Source of the DNA: Mobula birostris
Taxonomy: Eukaryota
Direction of reading: 5' to 3'
Length of the DNA: 64,000 nt
NCBI RefSeq assembly: GCF_030028105.1
Contig: NC_092376.1
Span: forward strand, 103,972,230-104,036,229
In this document: positions 22,577-35,106 of the stretch, piece by piece
Layout of the letters: every line of letters starts with the position of its first letter
Numbering within the stretch: the stretch's first letter is position 1
Translations under genes and position numbers: made by a program
Notes under the pieces: model-generated
The model's input: only the letters and a program-made list of their open reading frames with translations
The model's database searches: none
Told to the model about the DNA's origin: nothing

Positions 22577-23488
22577 CAGTTGGCCCTCCTTATCCGCGAG
22601 TTCCGCAGGCGCGAATTCAACCAACCGCGAATCGAGAAAACCCGGAAGTGCTCTTCCAGCNNNNNNNNNNNNNNNNNNNNNNNNNNNNNNNNNNNNNNNN
22701 NNNNNNNNNNNNNNNNNNNNNNNNNNNNNNNNNNNNNNNNNNNNNNNNNNNNNNNNNNNNNNNNNNNNNNNNNNNNNNNNNNNNNNNNNNNNNNNNNNNN
22801 NNNNNNNNNNNNNNNNNNNNNNNNNNCGAAAAAAAACCGGAAGTTCTCTTACTAAGCAAGTCGGAACAGGTACATCCGGTATTATTTAGCGTCAGTTAGT
22901 CAAACGTTTGTCTTAGTATATAGTGTATATTTTACCTTTCTGTGCATATAAAACACTTAAGAAATGTATGTCTCAGCGCCGGACTCGGGAACAGAAGTTC
23001 CCGAGTTTGATCCAGTGACAGACACTCCCGAGCACGCTGTCCATCCATGCCAGGTTGATGTGGAGGATCAAAAACCCAAAACCCAGTAATTAAACCACTG
23101 CGTTGCTTAGTAATAATTGTAGCTTTCATCGGGGCAGGGCCTTTCTCAGTTTATTCTTTAAAATTGTTCTGACCGTTGACCGACTGTAGCCTAACACTTT
23201 TCCAACGACCAATGGCGTTTCACCTCTTTCCGATTGCTTCATTATTTCTATTTTGTTTTCAATCATGATCGTGATTATTTTTGTGAACAGGAACACTGCC
23301 GATTCAGAGCTTCGCCACTGGGTCCTAATGTCCACCGCAATGAGACAGGTTAAATAAGGTCAGGGGTTCCACTGGGTCCTAAGGTCCACCGCATTGACCA
23401 GGTTGAATAAGGGACTTGAGCATCCGTGTTTTTTGGTATCCGCGAGGGGTTCTGGAACCAATCCCTCGCAGATAAGGAGGGCCGACTG
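22577..23488 (-). mobile_element. Tigger/pogo (MER2-like) internally deleted DNA transposon
   Basis: TA duplication at 22575-22576 and 23489-23490. TIRs CAGTTGGCCCTCCTTATCCGCG and CGCAGATAAGGAGGGCCGACTG. HTH remnant IENKIEIMKQSERGE..VGKVLGYSRSTVRTILKNK. Confidence 0.88.
22661..22826. other. Assembly gap (166 N)
   Basis: Run of N. Both flanks carry a similar CGA..AAAAC(C)CGGAAGT.CTCTT motif. Confidence 0.99.
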
Positions 23489-26136
23489 TATTCCTTCTCA
23501 ATACTTTTTGTTCCTTCTATGACTTGGCTTTGCATTGTTTGTTGGAAAATGAAAGAATTAGTACCTTCAACTAAGTCACCATGTAGATTGTAAATATGAG
23601 ATCATAACACTGATTCCTGCAGCAGTATGTTGGTTGCAGCTTATCAACTCATCATTTAAATTTGTTTTCTGCCCTTTATCAAGTCTGTATCCATGTTAAT
23701 ATTACTCCAAGCTTACAGGATCTTATGTAATGCCTTTCATGTGGCACCTTATCAAATGCCTCATTTAAATGTATGTCCTTGCTGTCATTATTTGCATCCT
23801 TTATGCAGGCTCTTAAGTTTGCCATAACATGATTTGGTTTTCACAAGATCATGTTGACTTTGCCTAATCGTATCCTTTAAGTGCCTGTTACCATTTTCTT
23901 AATAATATACTCCAGCATTTTCTGACAACCATTGACAGGCTATAACTAGCCAGTAGTTTCATTACATTCTGCTTTTTCCTGAATAATATTGTTGTATTTG
24001 CTGTTTAAAATTTGCTGAAACTATTTTAGAATCCCAAAGAATTTTGGTTGATCACAACTATTGCATTTGTTGCAAACATTTTTTTTAGGACTCCAGGATT
24101 TGAGTTCTAAATGTCAGGGGATTTGTTGGCTTTTCAATAGCTTTTCCTTGTCCTTTACTTTGTTTCTCATTTTTAATTGCTTGACGGTTCCTATTGCATT
24201 TGGAATCCCCTGCTGTGAAAACAGATACCTGCTAATCTACTAACTGACTATTCAAATCCCAATGGTTCAGCATCTGGCTCATGAGTGATAGTTACCACTC
24301 TGTCCTGATGCTGTGTAGGATTCCCAGTTTGGAGAAATGTTGTTTAACGGTATACATGTATGTAGTTAGTTGACAATAAACTTGACTTGATTTAACTTGA
24401 CAGTGATACCCATTAAAAGAAAGTAATTAGAAGGCAACTTAACATGTAGGTTTAAAAGCAGAAATCAGCAATCCTTTGGCCAAATTATTCTGCAAATATC
24501 CACTAAATCCACCCGTTCTGGTGTGTATACTATGAATACTTAAATGCCTCTTTCCAGTGGCGAAAAAGCTTCTGAAAAAATGATAATCCATTCAGAAGCA
24601 CAGATATGATTTTCAGTCTGTGAGAAATGCAAAAAAAAATTGGAGCAGAGTACCAATACTGTTTGGACTTTTTTCCCCACTGTCAGTAAAGGCTTTAACT
24701 CTAAGGCATGTAAATTCATCTCTAATTTGCATTTGTTTCTTGTGTGCAAACCATGATCTGAAAGTATAAAAGCAGACTGGATGCAAGTCGTTTTTAATCC
24801 CAAGGAACTGCCTCAGAAATATGTATACAATGATTTTGGGAGCCAACTGAATTTAAGGATAAACCTAACTTTCTATAATTGTTGAGTCTCATTCTTTAAT
24901 ATTTCAGTTTTCTAAATTTGAGTTCCTGACTTGGAACAATAAATCTCTCTGCATTTTTCCCTTTATTTTGCTTTGTGTGATTTCAATTAAGAAAGCTAAA
25001 TTGCTTAGAGTAAATGCCATGAGTCCTTGTCAGTTTTATGTATTGGTCTGGCCTGTGTTGGAAATGATACTAACACAAGTAAGAATGACAAGTTTTCATT
25101 GCTGAAGTATTGATGTGACAACTGACTTTTATTCTCATGTTTTGCTGAATTTGACTTGAATTCTGCTTGGTACATTCCATGTACAGGAATATTTAGTATA
25201 GTATTGGTTATACTTCATGTTGATTAGGAAATGGGGTTTGAACTTTGTGATCCTAGTTGGAATGTTTGGAATTGCCTGAAAACCAGGATTATTGAAGCAT
25301 TGGATTAAGGTACAAAAATGACATCCTCAAGTGTTGTTTATGAAACAAAGCTATGTAACTTACAAGATTCTTTGCTTTTATGATTAATGAAGTGAACTAG
25401 AGCCTGGTTACCTAACGAGACCTGATCATATTAAGGTGTTTTCTCTGATTAACTATTTAGACTTCTGTCTATTTGGATAGTATCACACTGGGAAGCTGCA
25501 GCACATAGTTTATGTTAGGATGCTTGGTTCGTTGTCACTGCCCGTGTCCTGTCCTTGGATCAATGCCTGTGTCCTCTGTCTTAGATCAGTATTTGGTGTT
25601 TCATCATCAAACATATCAATAATATGTTTGGTATTGTTATATTTAGGATGATGGTTGGGTTAGGTATGGAGAGGTTTATACATAATCTGACTTGGATCTG
25701 GTTTGGATTGTTATTGAATTCTTTACCTAAGCAATTCTATAAACTAAACCACAGTTAGTTTTAAAAGCTGTTCAATTCATAACATTGTTAATGGACAGCA
25801 CCTGGAAGCCAAAATGTACATTATATAATATTTCTACATTTCAAATTTTGTCAACATGGAAAATAAATAATAATTGTCCTATTTTCCCTTGTATCTATAT
25901 TATCAGTCTAAAATGCAGTTAAGGTACAAAGATCCAAAGTTACAAATTAAAATTAGCATATTAACTAACATAATCATTAAAAGTGGTTACTGGACTTTGG
26001 TTAGAAAAGAATGGAATTCAAAAGTAGCAAGTTTGTCCAGCTACTTGGAAAATATGCCTGTTTTTAAAGGGGAAAAACCCCACATAGTAGAGTTTCACTA
26101 ATGTGATACTAGAAATAAAAAGTTTTATCTCTCTTA

Positions 26137-27370
26137 AGAATCAGAATCAGGTTTAATATCACCAGCATATGTCATGAAATTTGTTAACTTAATGGCAGCA
26201 GTACAATGCAATACATGATAAATGTAGAAAAAAATTACACTAAGTATGTATGTTAAATGTTTAAATTTAAGAATAGTAGTGCATAGACTGAAATAGTAAA
26301 AAAAAAGTGAGGTAGTGTTCATGGGTTGAATGTACATTTAGGAATTGGATGTCAGAAGAATTTGCTGATGATACAACTGTTGTTGGTAGAATCTCAGCTG
26401 GTGACAAGAGCGCGTACAGGAGTGAGATATGCTAATTAGTGGAATGGTGCCGCAGCAACAACCTGGCACTCACCGTCAGTAAGACGAAAGAGCTGATTGT
26501 GGAATTCAGGAAGTGTAAGGCAAAGGAGCACATACCAATCGTCATAGAGGGATCAGAAGTGGAGAGAGTGAATGGCTTCAAGTTCCTGGGTGTCAAGATC
26601 TTTGAGGATCTAATCTGGTCCCAACATATCGATATAGTTCTAAAGAAAGCAAGACAGCGGCTATACTTTGTTAGGAATTTGAAGAGATTTGGCATGTCAA
26701 CAAATACACTCAAACTTCTATAGTTGTACCATGGAGAGCATTCTGACAGGCTGCATCACTGTCTGGTATGGAGGGGCTACTGCACAGGACTGAAAGAAGC
26801 TGCAGAAGATTGTAAATCTAGTTGTCTCAATCTTGGGCACTAGCCTACAAAGTACCCAGCACATCTTTAGGGTCTCAGAAAGGCAACGTCTATTATAAAG
26901 GACCTCCAGCACCCAGGGCATGCCCTTTTCTCACTGTTACCATCAGGTAGGAGGTACAGTAGCCTGAAGGCACACACTCAGTGATTCAGGAACAGCTTCT
27001 TCCCCTCTGCCATCAGATTCCTGAATGGACATTGAAGCTTTGAACACTACCTCTTTTTTTAATATACAGTATTTCTGTTTTTGCATTTTTTTAAATCTAT
27101 TCAATATATGTAATTGATTTACTTATTATTTTATTTATTATTATATTTTATCTCTGCTAGATTATGTATTGTATTGAACTGCTACTGCTAAGTTAACAAA
27201 TTTCACGTCACATGCCGATGATCGATGATAATAAACCTGATTCTGATTCTGAAGAAGCTGTCCCTGAATCGCTGAATGTGTGCCTTCAAACTTCTGTAGC
27301 TCCTTACCAACAGTAACAATGAGAAGAGGGCATACCCTGGGTGACAGGGGTCCTTAATAATGGACACCCC
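26137..27370 (-). mobile_element. Rex1 3' fragment split by a younger Rex1
   Basis: AGAATCAGAATCAGG tail at 26137. The sequence breaks at about 26358 and resumes at 27251 (GAAGAAGCTGTCCCTGAATCGCTG). Confidence 0.8.
26359..27250 (+). mobile_element. Rex1 LINE, 5'-truncated at FADD
   Basis: FADDTTVVGRIS..WCRSNNLALTVSKTKELIVEFRK..FKFLGVKI..KKARQRLYF, tail AAACCTGATTCTGATTCT. Confidence 0.9.
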
Positions 27371-27734
27371 AGAATAAGACTGAACAGACTGGGATACATT
27401 TATCAAAAGGAGGGTAAGAAAGACCCTTTCTGAAAGTCTTTTGAATCATGAGTTTGCATGAGTGTAAGCATAGATAAACTGTAAATATTTTTTTTTGTTA
27501 CCTTGCTGAAATTTAGGGAAATCTTTACTGAGATAGCTGGGAATGAGAAGCTTATTGCTATAAGTAGTGGTTGTAGCCTTTTGCATTGATACAGTTATAA
27601 TCTAAATAATTATGTAGAAGGTAAGAGGCTTAAAAAGTTGTGCTGTTAAGATTGGTTAAAGCCAGGTGGATTGAAAAGATGCATTTAGTATAGAAAAGCA
27701 GATGAGACTGGACAATAGGTGCTTAGCATTACAC

Positions 27735-29650
27735 CACTCCCCTCCCTCCGCTCTGTAGCAACCTCCTGTCTAATGTGCAGGCAATAGAAAACAAGATAGA
27801 GGAGGATTTGGGCGCAAGATTGCTATATCAGAGAGACATGAGGAACTGCTTTGTATTATTTCAAAGACACTGCTTGTTCTCAACTCTCCTAGTATGGTGC
27901 TTCAGTCTTAAAGGACCAGACAGTGGTGTCAGGTAAGGGAAAAGACATTTGTATCTGCTTTATGATCAACTCGTGCTCAGACATGGCAGTCTTGTACCAT
28001 TCCTTCTCCCCCCCCCCCCACCCCCGCAGAACATCATCAACTGAAGTGTTCTCTGCTGCCATCCTGACTACTGTCTACATCTCACCTCAGGTAGACATTA
28101 AACTAGCAGTTGAGGAACTAAGTGCCATCGTCAACAAGGAAGCAACATGCCCGAACACCTGTCATATTGTGGCAGGGAACTTCATTTAGACTAGCTTGAA
28201 TTCTGTGTCTTAAGTACTATTAGCATATCACCTGTAACACTACAGTACCTAACACACTCTACCATTGCTGTGCAACTATCAAGAATGTCTGTCACTTGCC
28301 TATACTTGGTAAATCTAACCATCTGACTGTGCAACTTCTCACTGTGTACAGATAGTCTGAAAAGCACGGCGCCAGTGAAGAGGACTGTGAAGAGCTGTAC
28401 GGGAGAGGTACAGGAGTGAATTCAAGGTTGCTTCAAGTTGATGGCTTGAACTATGTTCAAGGATCTGTCAAGGGGACCTAAGGACATGTGTGTACCCACA
28501 AAAATATTCAAAGTTCCCCAATGGGAAGCTGTAGATGATTTAGGTGATTCATAATTAACTAAAGATTAATCTCTGGCATTTAGGGCTGCATCCTTGAGTT
28601 GTATAAATCCAGGTATGACCTCCAGGGGACCTTTATGAGCGTTATGAGGCAGTTTCAGACTAAACTGGCCTTACAGAAGGACACTTGACAACTGGCACGG
28701 CATGTTAGTATAAAGTGGCAATGACCTGTCACTCCAGCATGAGTGTGAGCTCAATGCCTTTTATGCATGCTTTGATAAAGAGAACTATGATATATCCACA
28801 CTAGCTCGTACATCTCCAGATGACCCTGTAATCTCAGTTTTGGGGCCAACATCCAGGTACCAAGGTGGCGAACCCACAACAACAGCACATTTAGTGGAGT
28901 ACTAAAGATCTGTTTGGATCAACTGGCTGGAGTATTAATGGATATTCAGCCTCTCACTTCTGCGGTCTGAGGTTTCCACTTCAAAAAGGTATCTGTTTTA
29001 CCAATGCCCAAGAAGTGTTTAGTAATCTGACTCAATGACTGCTATCCGGTAGCGCTTATGTCAATTGTAATGCAGCGTTTTGAGAGCTTGGTTTCAACTG
29101 CCTCAGATGACCTGAATCCACTTCAGTTTGCCAGCCACCACAACAGATCAATAGCAGATGTTATTTCTGTGGCCCTTCACTCTGCTCTTATGTATCTAAA
29201 CAGGAACACCTGAGTTGGGCTGATGTTCATTGACTACAGCTCAGATGGCAACAGTTATCTAAATTTAACTCGCTACCTCCCTCTGCAGCTGGATCCTTGA
29301 CTTATTGGCAGATCTTAATCACAAGAAGCTGCAGAGAGTACTGGACACAGCCCAGTACGTCATGGATACATCCCTCCCTATCATTGGTGGTATCTGTAGG
29401 TTGCACCGCCTGAAGAAGGCAAGCAGTATCATCAAGGACCCTCACCAATAGATAAATGCCATCTCCTTGCAGGTACCATAGCTGAAGTCTCACAACACTA
29501 GGTTCAAGAGCAGCTATTTCCCATTGATCATTGTGTTCTTGATCAAATTGCATAACTTTAATCACTGCCTCAGTATCACAATAATATGATAATTTTGTAC
29601 TAAAATTGACATTCCTTATGCTAATATTCTTTCTTATGTGATTTTTTGTA
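27735..29650 (+). mobile_element. Old Rex1-type LINE spanning APE endonuclease to RT, with deletions
   Basis: LLSNVQAIENKI..RLLYQRDMRNC, AILTTVYISPQ..IVAGNF, YPVALMSIVM, DLNPLQFA, MFIDYSS, KKASSIIKDP. Confidence 0.75.
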
Positions 29651-30404
29651 ATTTATCTTTAATTATTCTGGGTTACTAAATGACAATTTTAGGTGAATAA
29701 TTTCCAGCTAAATATGAAACCAGGATTTGGGGGATATATTTTATTGTGTTTAATAAATTCTGGCATATTTGATTTTGGAATGCAGTTATATTACACAGGT
29801 CTTTTACCATGCCAAGACATTGCTGAGTTGTCTGTTTTACAAGTCTGAGTAAATTCTTTTTAGTCATTTCAATCTACCCACAGTGATCCTCTATTAACAA
29901 TATAACATTTTTCAATAAATTTTTAATTCAAGTTTTTGGCAAAGTTATTTTCAGCTCCACTTGAAAGGAACATGAAGTTGAAATCTTAGTGATCTTTTTG
30001 TTGCTTCTACTGCATTATCAAGATCCTTTGAGCAGAATGCAGATAGGCTGAATTATGTTTAAGGAAAGTAGTTTTATGGATTGTGCAAGATTTGAGAATT
30101 GGAAGTTAGTTCAAGGTTTTGTTAAATATGTTCTTGTTATAGTGAGCTAAAACAACCAATGCCTATTGCAGGCAGCCCATTCCAGGCTGACTTTCACTGA
30201 TTGGTCATTGCTCTGATCATTGTCTTGAATGTTCTTGAGTAAACCATTTAAACAATCGTGCTTTAGGATGTATAGTTCAGGTTTGAGATTTTGTAGTTGT
30301 GTGATTTTACTAAGTAAAAGAGTATTTCAAGTTCTGACACATAGCCTTTGTGATGATTTTCAATCAGAACACTTGTATTGAAATATTTCAAGTGTCATTT
30401 CAGC

Positions 30405-30560
30405 AGGAAATGGAAATATTCACCATGTCAGGCAACATCTGTGGAACCGAAACAGTTAATATTTTGGCTATAATACCCTTCATCAGAATGTGAAGTTAAA
30501 TGTTTCTTCTTCCATAGTTAAGGCATGACCTGCTGAATGTTTCCAAAATTTGTTTTGCTA
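30405..30560. mobile_element. Old inverted-repeat PLE remnant
   Basis: GTCAGGCAACATCTGTGG..CCCTTCATCAGAA, followed by the inverted TTCTCTTCCATAG..GACCTGCTGAATGTTTCCA. Confidence 0.55.
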
Positions 30561-31454
30561 AGCATTGCTGTTCGGTTTTGATTTCTGGTTATGCTTTTGA
30601 TTTGCAGATAATGTTAATGTTAATTTAATTATGGAAACTGGAAAGTGCAGATGTGAGAAGTAAAAACTAAAGCAAAATGCAATTACAAACCAGATAAAAA
30701 GACAAGGCGCATTAGAACTGGAAGAAGTGTATTGGAATCATTTGTAGGCTGACTAAGCATTAGGAGGTTAAAATCTGGTTTTGTTTCTAAATGCCCTTTG
30801 GGAGTTTCAATAAGGTGCTGGGGTATAATGGCCTGCCACATCAATAATCCTTGCCCCTTTTCTCAGCTCACTGCGTAAATATAGGAGCTTTGTGGTAATG
30901 TAAGTAGAGTGCAAGAATAATACTTTGCTGACTTTTCCAACCAGTTAACCAAAGACAGTGAGTTTAATTATAGAACTACATATCCCCCAGAAGAGACCAT
31001 TAATTCTGGTGTGAATTAAAGCTTGAACTTTAGGAATTTTCTAATTACAAAGACCAACCATCTTTACGACCAAAAAAAAATTATCTGAAGTGTTGATATT
31101 CTCACAACTTTTGTTTTAATTAACTGAGACAGTTTTACTTCCCACCTGGCAGTTTAAGTATTCACAACAGAAACTATCTAGTTATATTAATCTTTGGAAG
31201 AAGCATTGTCTCATATTCTTATTGTCTGCATTTTCCTTTGTGCAGCTGTTTGCACTCACTTTTGAAACTGTAAGATCTATCAGATATTGTAATTAACATA
31301 TTAAAATTCCATTAATGGGGCGTTCAACAAGAGTACAATGTGTATTGTATTACTCTTCAGATGTGTTAAGGAATGTGTCATATGTCTAAGGAATTTAATC
31401 TTACTCTGTTTTGGAGATTTGAGGATAAAATATCCAGCTGTAACCCAGCCCAGT

Positions 31455-31727
31455 TTAGAAATACATCGTGGGACAGGTCCTTCCGTCCTAAAGAACTGCA
31501 CCGCCCGGCATCCCACCTATTTAACCCTAGCTTAATCACAGGACAATTTACAATGACCAACTAACCTAATGACCGATACATCTTTGGAATGTTGGAGGAA
31601 TCCAGAGCACCTGGAGGAAATCCACATGCTCACAGGAAGGAAGTACAAACTTCTTGCAGATGGCATTGTAATTGAACTCTGAACTCCAATGTCCTGAGCT
31701 ATAATAGCATGATGCTATCTGCTACGT
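31455..31727 (-). mobile_element. V-SINE (HE1-like) with CR1-type tail
   Basis: GGACAATTTACAATGACCAA..TCTTTGGAATGTTGGAGGAATCCAGAGCACCTGGAGGAAATCCAC..GTACAAACT. Confidence 0.8.
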
Positions 31728-31728
31728 G

Positions 31729-31998
31729 TCTGTTTACTCTCTCTTTGGTGTAAAGGGTGCCATGTTGTTGTTTGAAGAACAGCAGGGCTGTTGTGAATTG
31801 GCCAATATTTAATCTGTCATCAACATCATGAGAGGGTTTTCCAGTCATTATTTCAGTTTGTGGGAGTTTGTAATGTGCAAGTTGGCTGTCCTACATTGGT
31901 TTCAACATTGGCTCCACTTCAAGACATACTCAATTAACTATAATGTTTCACTGATGTCCAGAGATTATGGAATGCACTATGTGCAATTTATTTTATTT
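31729..31998 (+). mobile_element. DeuSINE (SacSINE1/AmnSINE1-like) Deu domain and 3' part
   Basis: CCATG..TTTGAAGAACAGCAGGG..TGGCCAATATTTA..CAACATCA..GTCATTAT..GTTTGTGGGA..GTGCAAGTTGGCTG..CCTACATT..CACTTCAA. Confidence 0.7.
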
Positions 31999-32452
31999 AA
32001 ATAATAGGGAAATAAAACTGGTGTGGATTTAGTAACGTTGCCTATAAAATGCTTTCCTTCCATAGGGAACGATTCAACTTTAGTTTGCTTTAATAAAAGC
32101 AATTATTTAACTGCTTGGTATAAAGGTGAGGTGCTATTTATCAATTGACAAGAACCTTACTAATGACGCTGGGCATATCTTGTACATCCTCTTAGGAACT
32201 TAATGTTCTAAAAGACAAATTCCCTAGAAGTTAAAAGCATATTGCATGACATAATCACAAGCCAATCATAAATGTGCATCAATCATAATGTGCTCCATTT
32301 ATATATTTAGAATGTTAATCAATCATCTGATGACATTGCCTAAACACACCATTGTTTTCCTAACTACATTCTTGTCCTTCAAATAAAAAATTGAAGCAAT
32401 GCTAGTAACATCATGCAGTAGAATAAAGCTTAGCTCACAAGTCTAAATGTAA

Positions 32453-33030
32453 CACTGGACGACAAAGATTTTGCTTCCTGAATACTTTTGGGTGTATCTT
32501 ATGGATTTTGGGCTGCTGATCATGAAAATCACAATGAAGTTTCCCTATCACGTATAATTTTTGAAATCTTCTATATTTATCATTTCAATTTATAATTCAA
32601 GTCAATTAAAACGTTGGCCACAATGTAAGCTGAAAAGTTCCTTATCTTGTCCAGGCATGCCTGGGTGTGCTTAGGCAGGGCAGATGCTACGTGGCAGGAC
32701 AGGTTTTAGTAATAATTATTGGGTTCAGGACTGTAAGGATTTGCTATCACCAGGCACAGAAGTTTCTATGAAGGATTTTGATATTTGAGACAGATGCTTC
32801 CCAGAATAACTGATGCCAAGATTAAGGAAAGCATTTTTGTTGGTCCACAAATCAAACAGGTTATCAATGACAGGCAATTTGAAGAATTTCTAGTGGGACT
32901 GGAGAAAATCACATGGAAGGCGTTCAAGGGAGTTGTTGAAATTTTTCTCAACACTACAGAGCACCAAACTACATGCAGCTGGTTGAAAGCATACTTCAAG
33001 CATATAAAACCATGAAGTGCAACATTTCAT
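32453..33030 (+). mobile_element. Chapaev3 (CMC) DNA transposon, internally deleted
   Basis: CACTG start. LRQMLPRITDAKIKESIFVGPQIKQVIND..WKAFKGVVE..YRAPNYMQLV..LQAYKTMKCN matches Chapaev3-type transposases as recalled. Confidence 0.75.
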
Positions 33031-33914
33031 GGTTTTATATGCTTGCCTTTATTGCCTTTATTTCATTTATAATCAGAAATACTGCTATTAAAGGACAAGG
33101 ATATTGCTTCTATACAAATTTGAGGTTTCTCCGCCTCCATTATTTTGGGGGTAAATCTAGTAATTATTTCCATTCTATTGTATTAACATTTGACATGGCG
33201 TTCTTAACATTGCTGTAAAATGCAAAATAGAAACATTAATGATGTCTGGAATGTCATGGTTGAAGCTGGATTTGGATGGTATTTTTATTGACAAAGTAAT
33301 GGAAATTTTATAAAAGTATGAGAGAAGTTGCTAAGAAAATTTGAGTGTGAAGGCATAACAATGGTTTTTTGTTTAAAAAAAAGTAAAAGATCACTTGATT
33401 TCAAATAAAATTAAGCCAGTAAAACCTGATATGTGGAGTTAGGAAAGGTTAATGAAGAGTGGAATATTCCAGACAGCTTGAAATGATTTGAGAAACTGGT
33501 GTGAGGTACCAAACCTTCACTTTTGCTTAATAGATCTTCTACCACTTGCTATTAAACTAGGGGACAGCACTGGCCCAGTGAGGAATGCAGAAGTACCAAG
33601 CAGACCCAAATCTGGTAAAGCAGAACCACAAGCATTGTAAACACATGGAATGCAACATGCAAAGCAAAACACTGTAGTCTTGCTGAATCTGTTAAGCAGA
33701 TAAGGAGAGAGTATGCTACAAATACATTACCATCCTCAGTGGTGGTACGACCCACCAAAAGTGCTAAAGGCAAAGTTGATGTATTTGTAATCATTATCTA
33801 GCATGAGGGGCCTATGTGGGTGATCCATCAATGCTTCCACCTGGAATACCCACCTTCAGAGGTCAGTCTTGCGCTAGATACAACAAAGAACTAAGGACAG
33901 TTATTGAGCTGTAA

Positions 33915-34250
33915 TGTCATACAGCACAGAAACAGGGCCTTTGGCCCAACTGGTACATGGTGACAAAAACGTTTATCTGAGCTAGTACCATTTTCTTGTG
34001 TTTGACCATATCCCTTTTTTTTTCTATGCATGTACCTGCCCAAATATTTTTAAATATAGTTGAAACTACCTGAGCTCCTTACTCAGGCAGATCATTCCAT
34101 GTATCCACCACTCTCTATGTGGGAAAAGTTGCCCTTCAAGTCCCCTTTCAAATCTTTCCCCTCTCTCATCTTAAACTTGTGTTCTTTAATTTTATACTCC
34201 CTTACCCTGGAAGAAAGACCATTCATTCACCTTACCTGCACCCCTCATTT
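33915..34250 (-). mobile_element. Degenerate CR1 3' end
   Basis: CATACAGCACAGAAACAGGGCCTTTGGCCCAAC tail and CACCACTCTCTATGTGGGAAAAGTTGCCC. Confidence 0.7.
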
Positions 34251-35106
34251 AATTACATGAATTTAAAACTCCCCAGCTGTGATTATTGGGTTTAAACTCA
34301 CATCCATAAACATAATCGTCTTCACCTAATCTGAATACTTCACAAAATGCATCTCAAGCCAGGTGCAAAGCCATTCTTTCACTTGATTTCTGAATATAGG
34401 TATCTGTGGCAAGAGCAGACCTGGATTTCCTCTATATACTCTTGCTTAACTTGAGGTCTAAAATTTTTTATTGGCTTCAGATGTGTTCCTCATAACCAAA
34501 AAGAGCCAAAGAGGGAGAATGTCTACTGCAGGGATAAAACACAAGGAAAGACGGTGCCTGAAGTGCAACCATCTTGGCTGCTTCACTAGTAAGATGTACT
34601 CCATTCAAAGGTCATTCACTGATGTTCATTTCCATTGTGCATGACTCAGCAAATGAAGCACTCCATGCCTGAGTACAATGAGACTTAGGCAGTTTTCATG
34701 GAAGGGATGGTATGTAACGAGTGGCACTCGTGCCACTTAAAGAGCGAGATGATCATTTTCAGTTGGAAAAAGAATTTGACTAACTAATCTTGATATTCGG
34801 TGGTAAAACCATTGAATCCCTGATTATCCCTATGGTGTATATAGCACAGAAAATTCATTTGGATCAGCCGCATCAACTGACTATAAAGGCAGGTGCTGGC
34901 TAGATACCCGGGTAGGTGATGCCCAGGAACCTTTCTGACATCTGCAAGGCACATGTAAAAATTGTGTTGAAATAATTTCCCTGTTTACGGTTCCCGATCT
35001 ACCACCCCAAGCATCCACACCCTGCTCTACATGCCTTGAGCACACTGTAATCACTTGCCTATGCTACTCTGACTGTACATCCCCTGGCATGATCCTCTAC
35101 CACCAA

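Larger units (their letters stand above)
22125..24200 (-). mobile_element. Ancient CR1 remnants (host of the Tigger element)
   Basis: Antisense AGGCATTTGATAAGGTGCCACATGAAAGG (AFDKVPH) at about 23735-23762, plus further decayed RT and 3' segments. Confidence 0.55.

Noticed and set aside
22412-22899. ORFs spanning the N run
   Set aside because: Artefacts of the assembly gap.
31246-31269. Possible 24-nt micro-exon (TTTTCCTTTGTGCAG..GTAAGA)
   Set aside because: Splice-like motifs arise often by chance in T-rich DNA, and the peptide LFALTFET is not recognisable.
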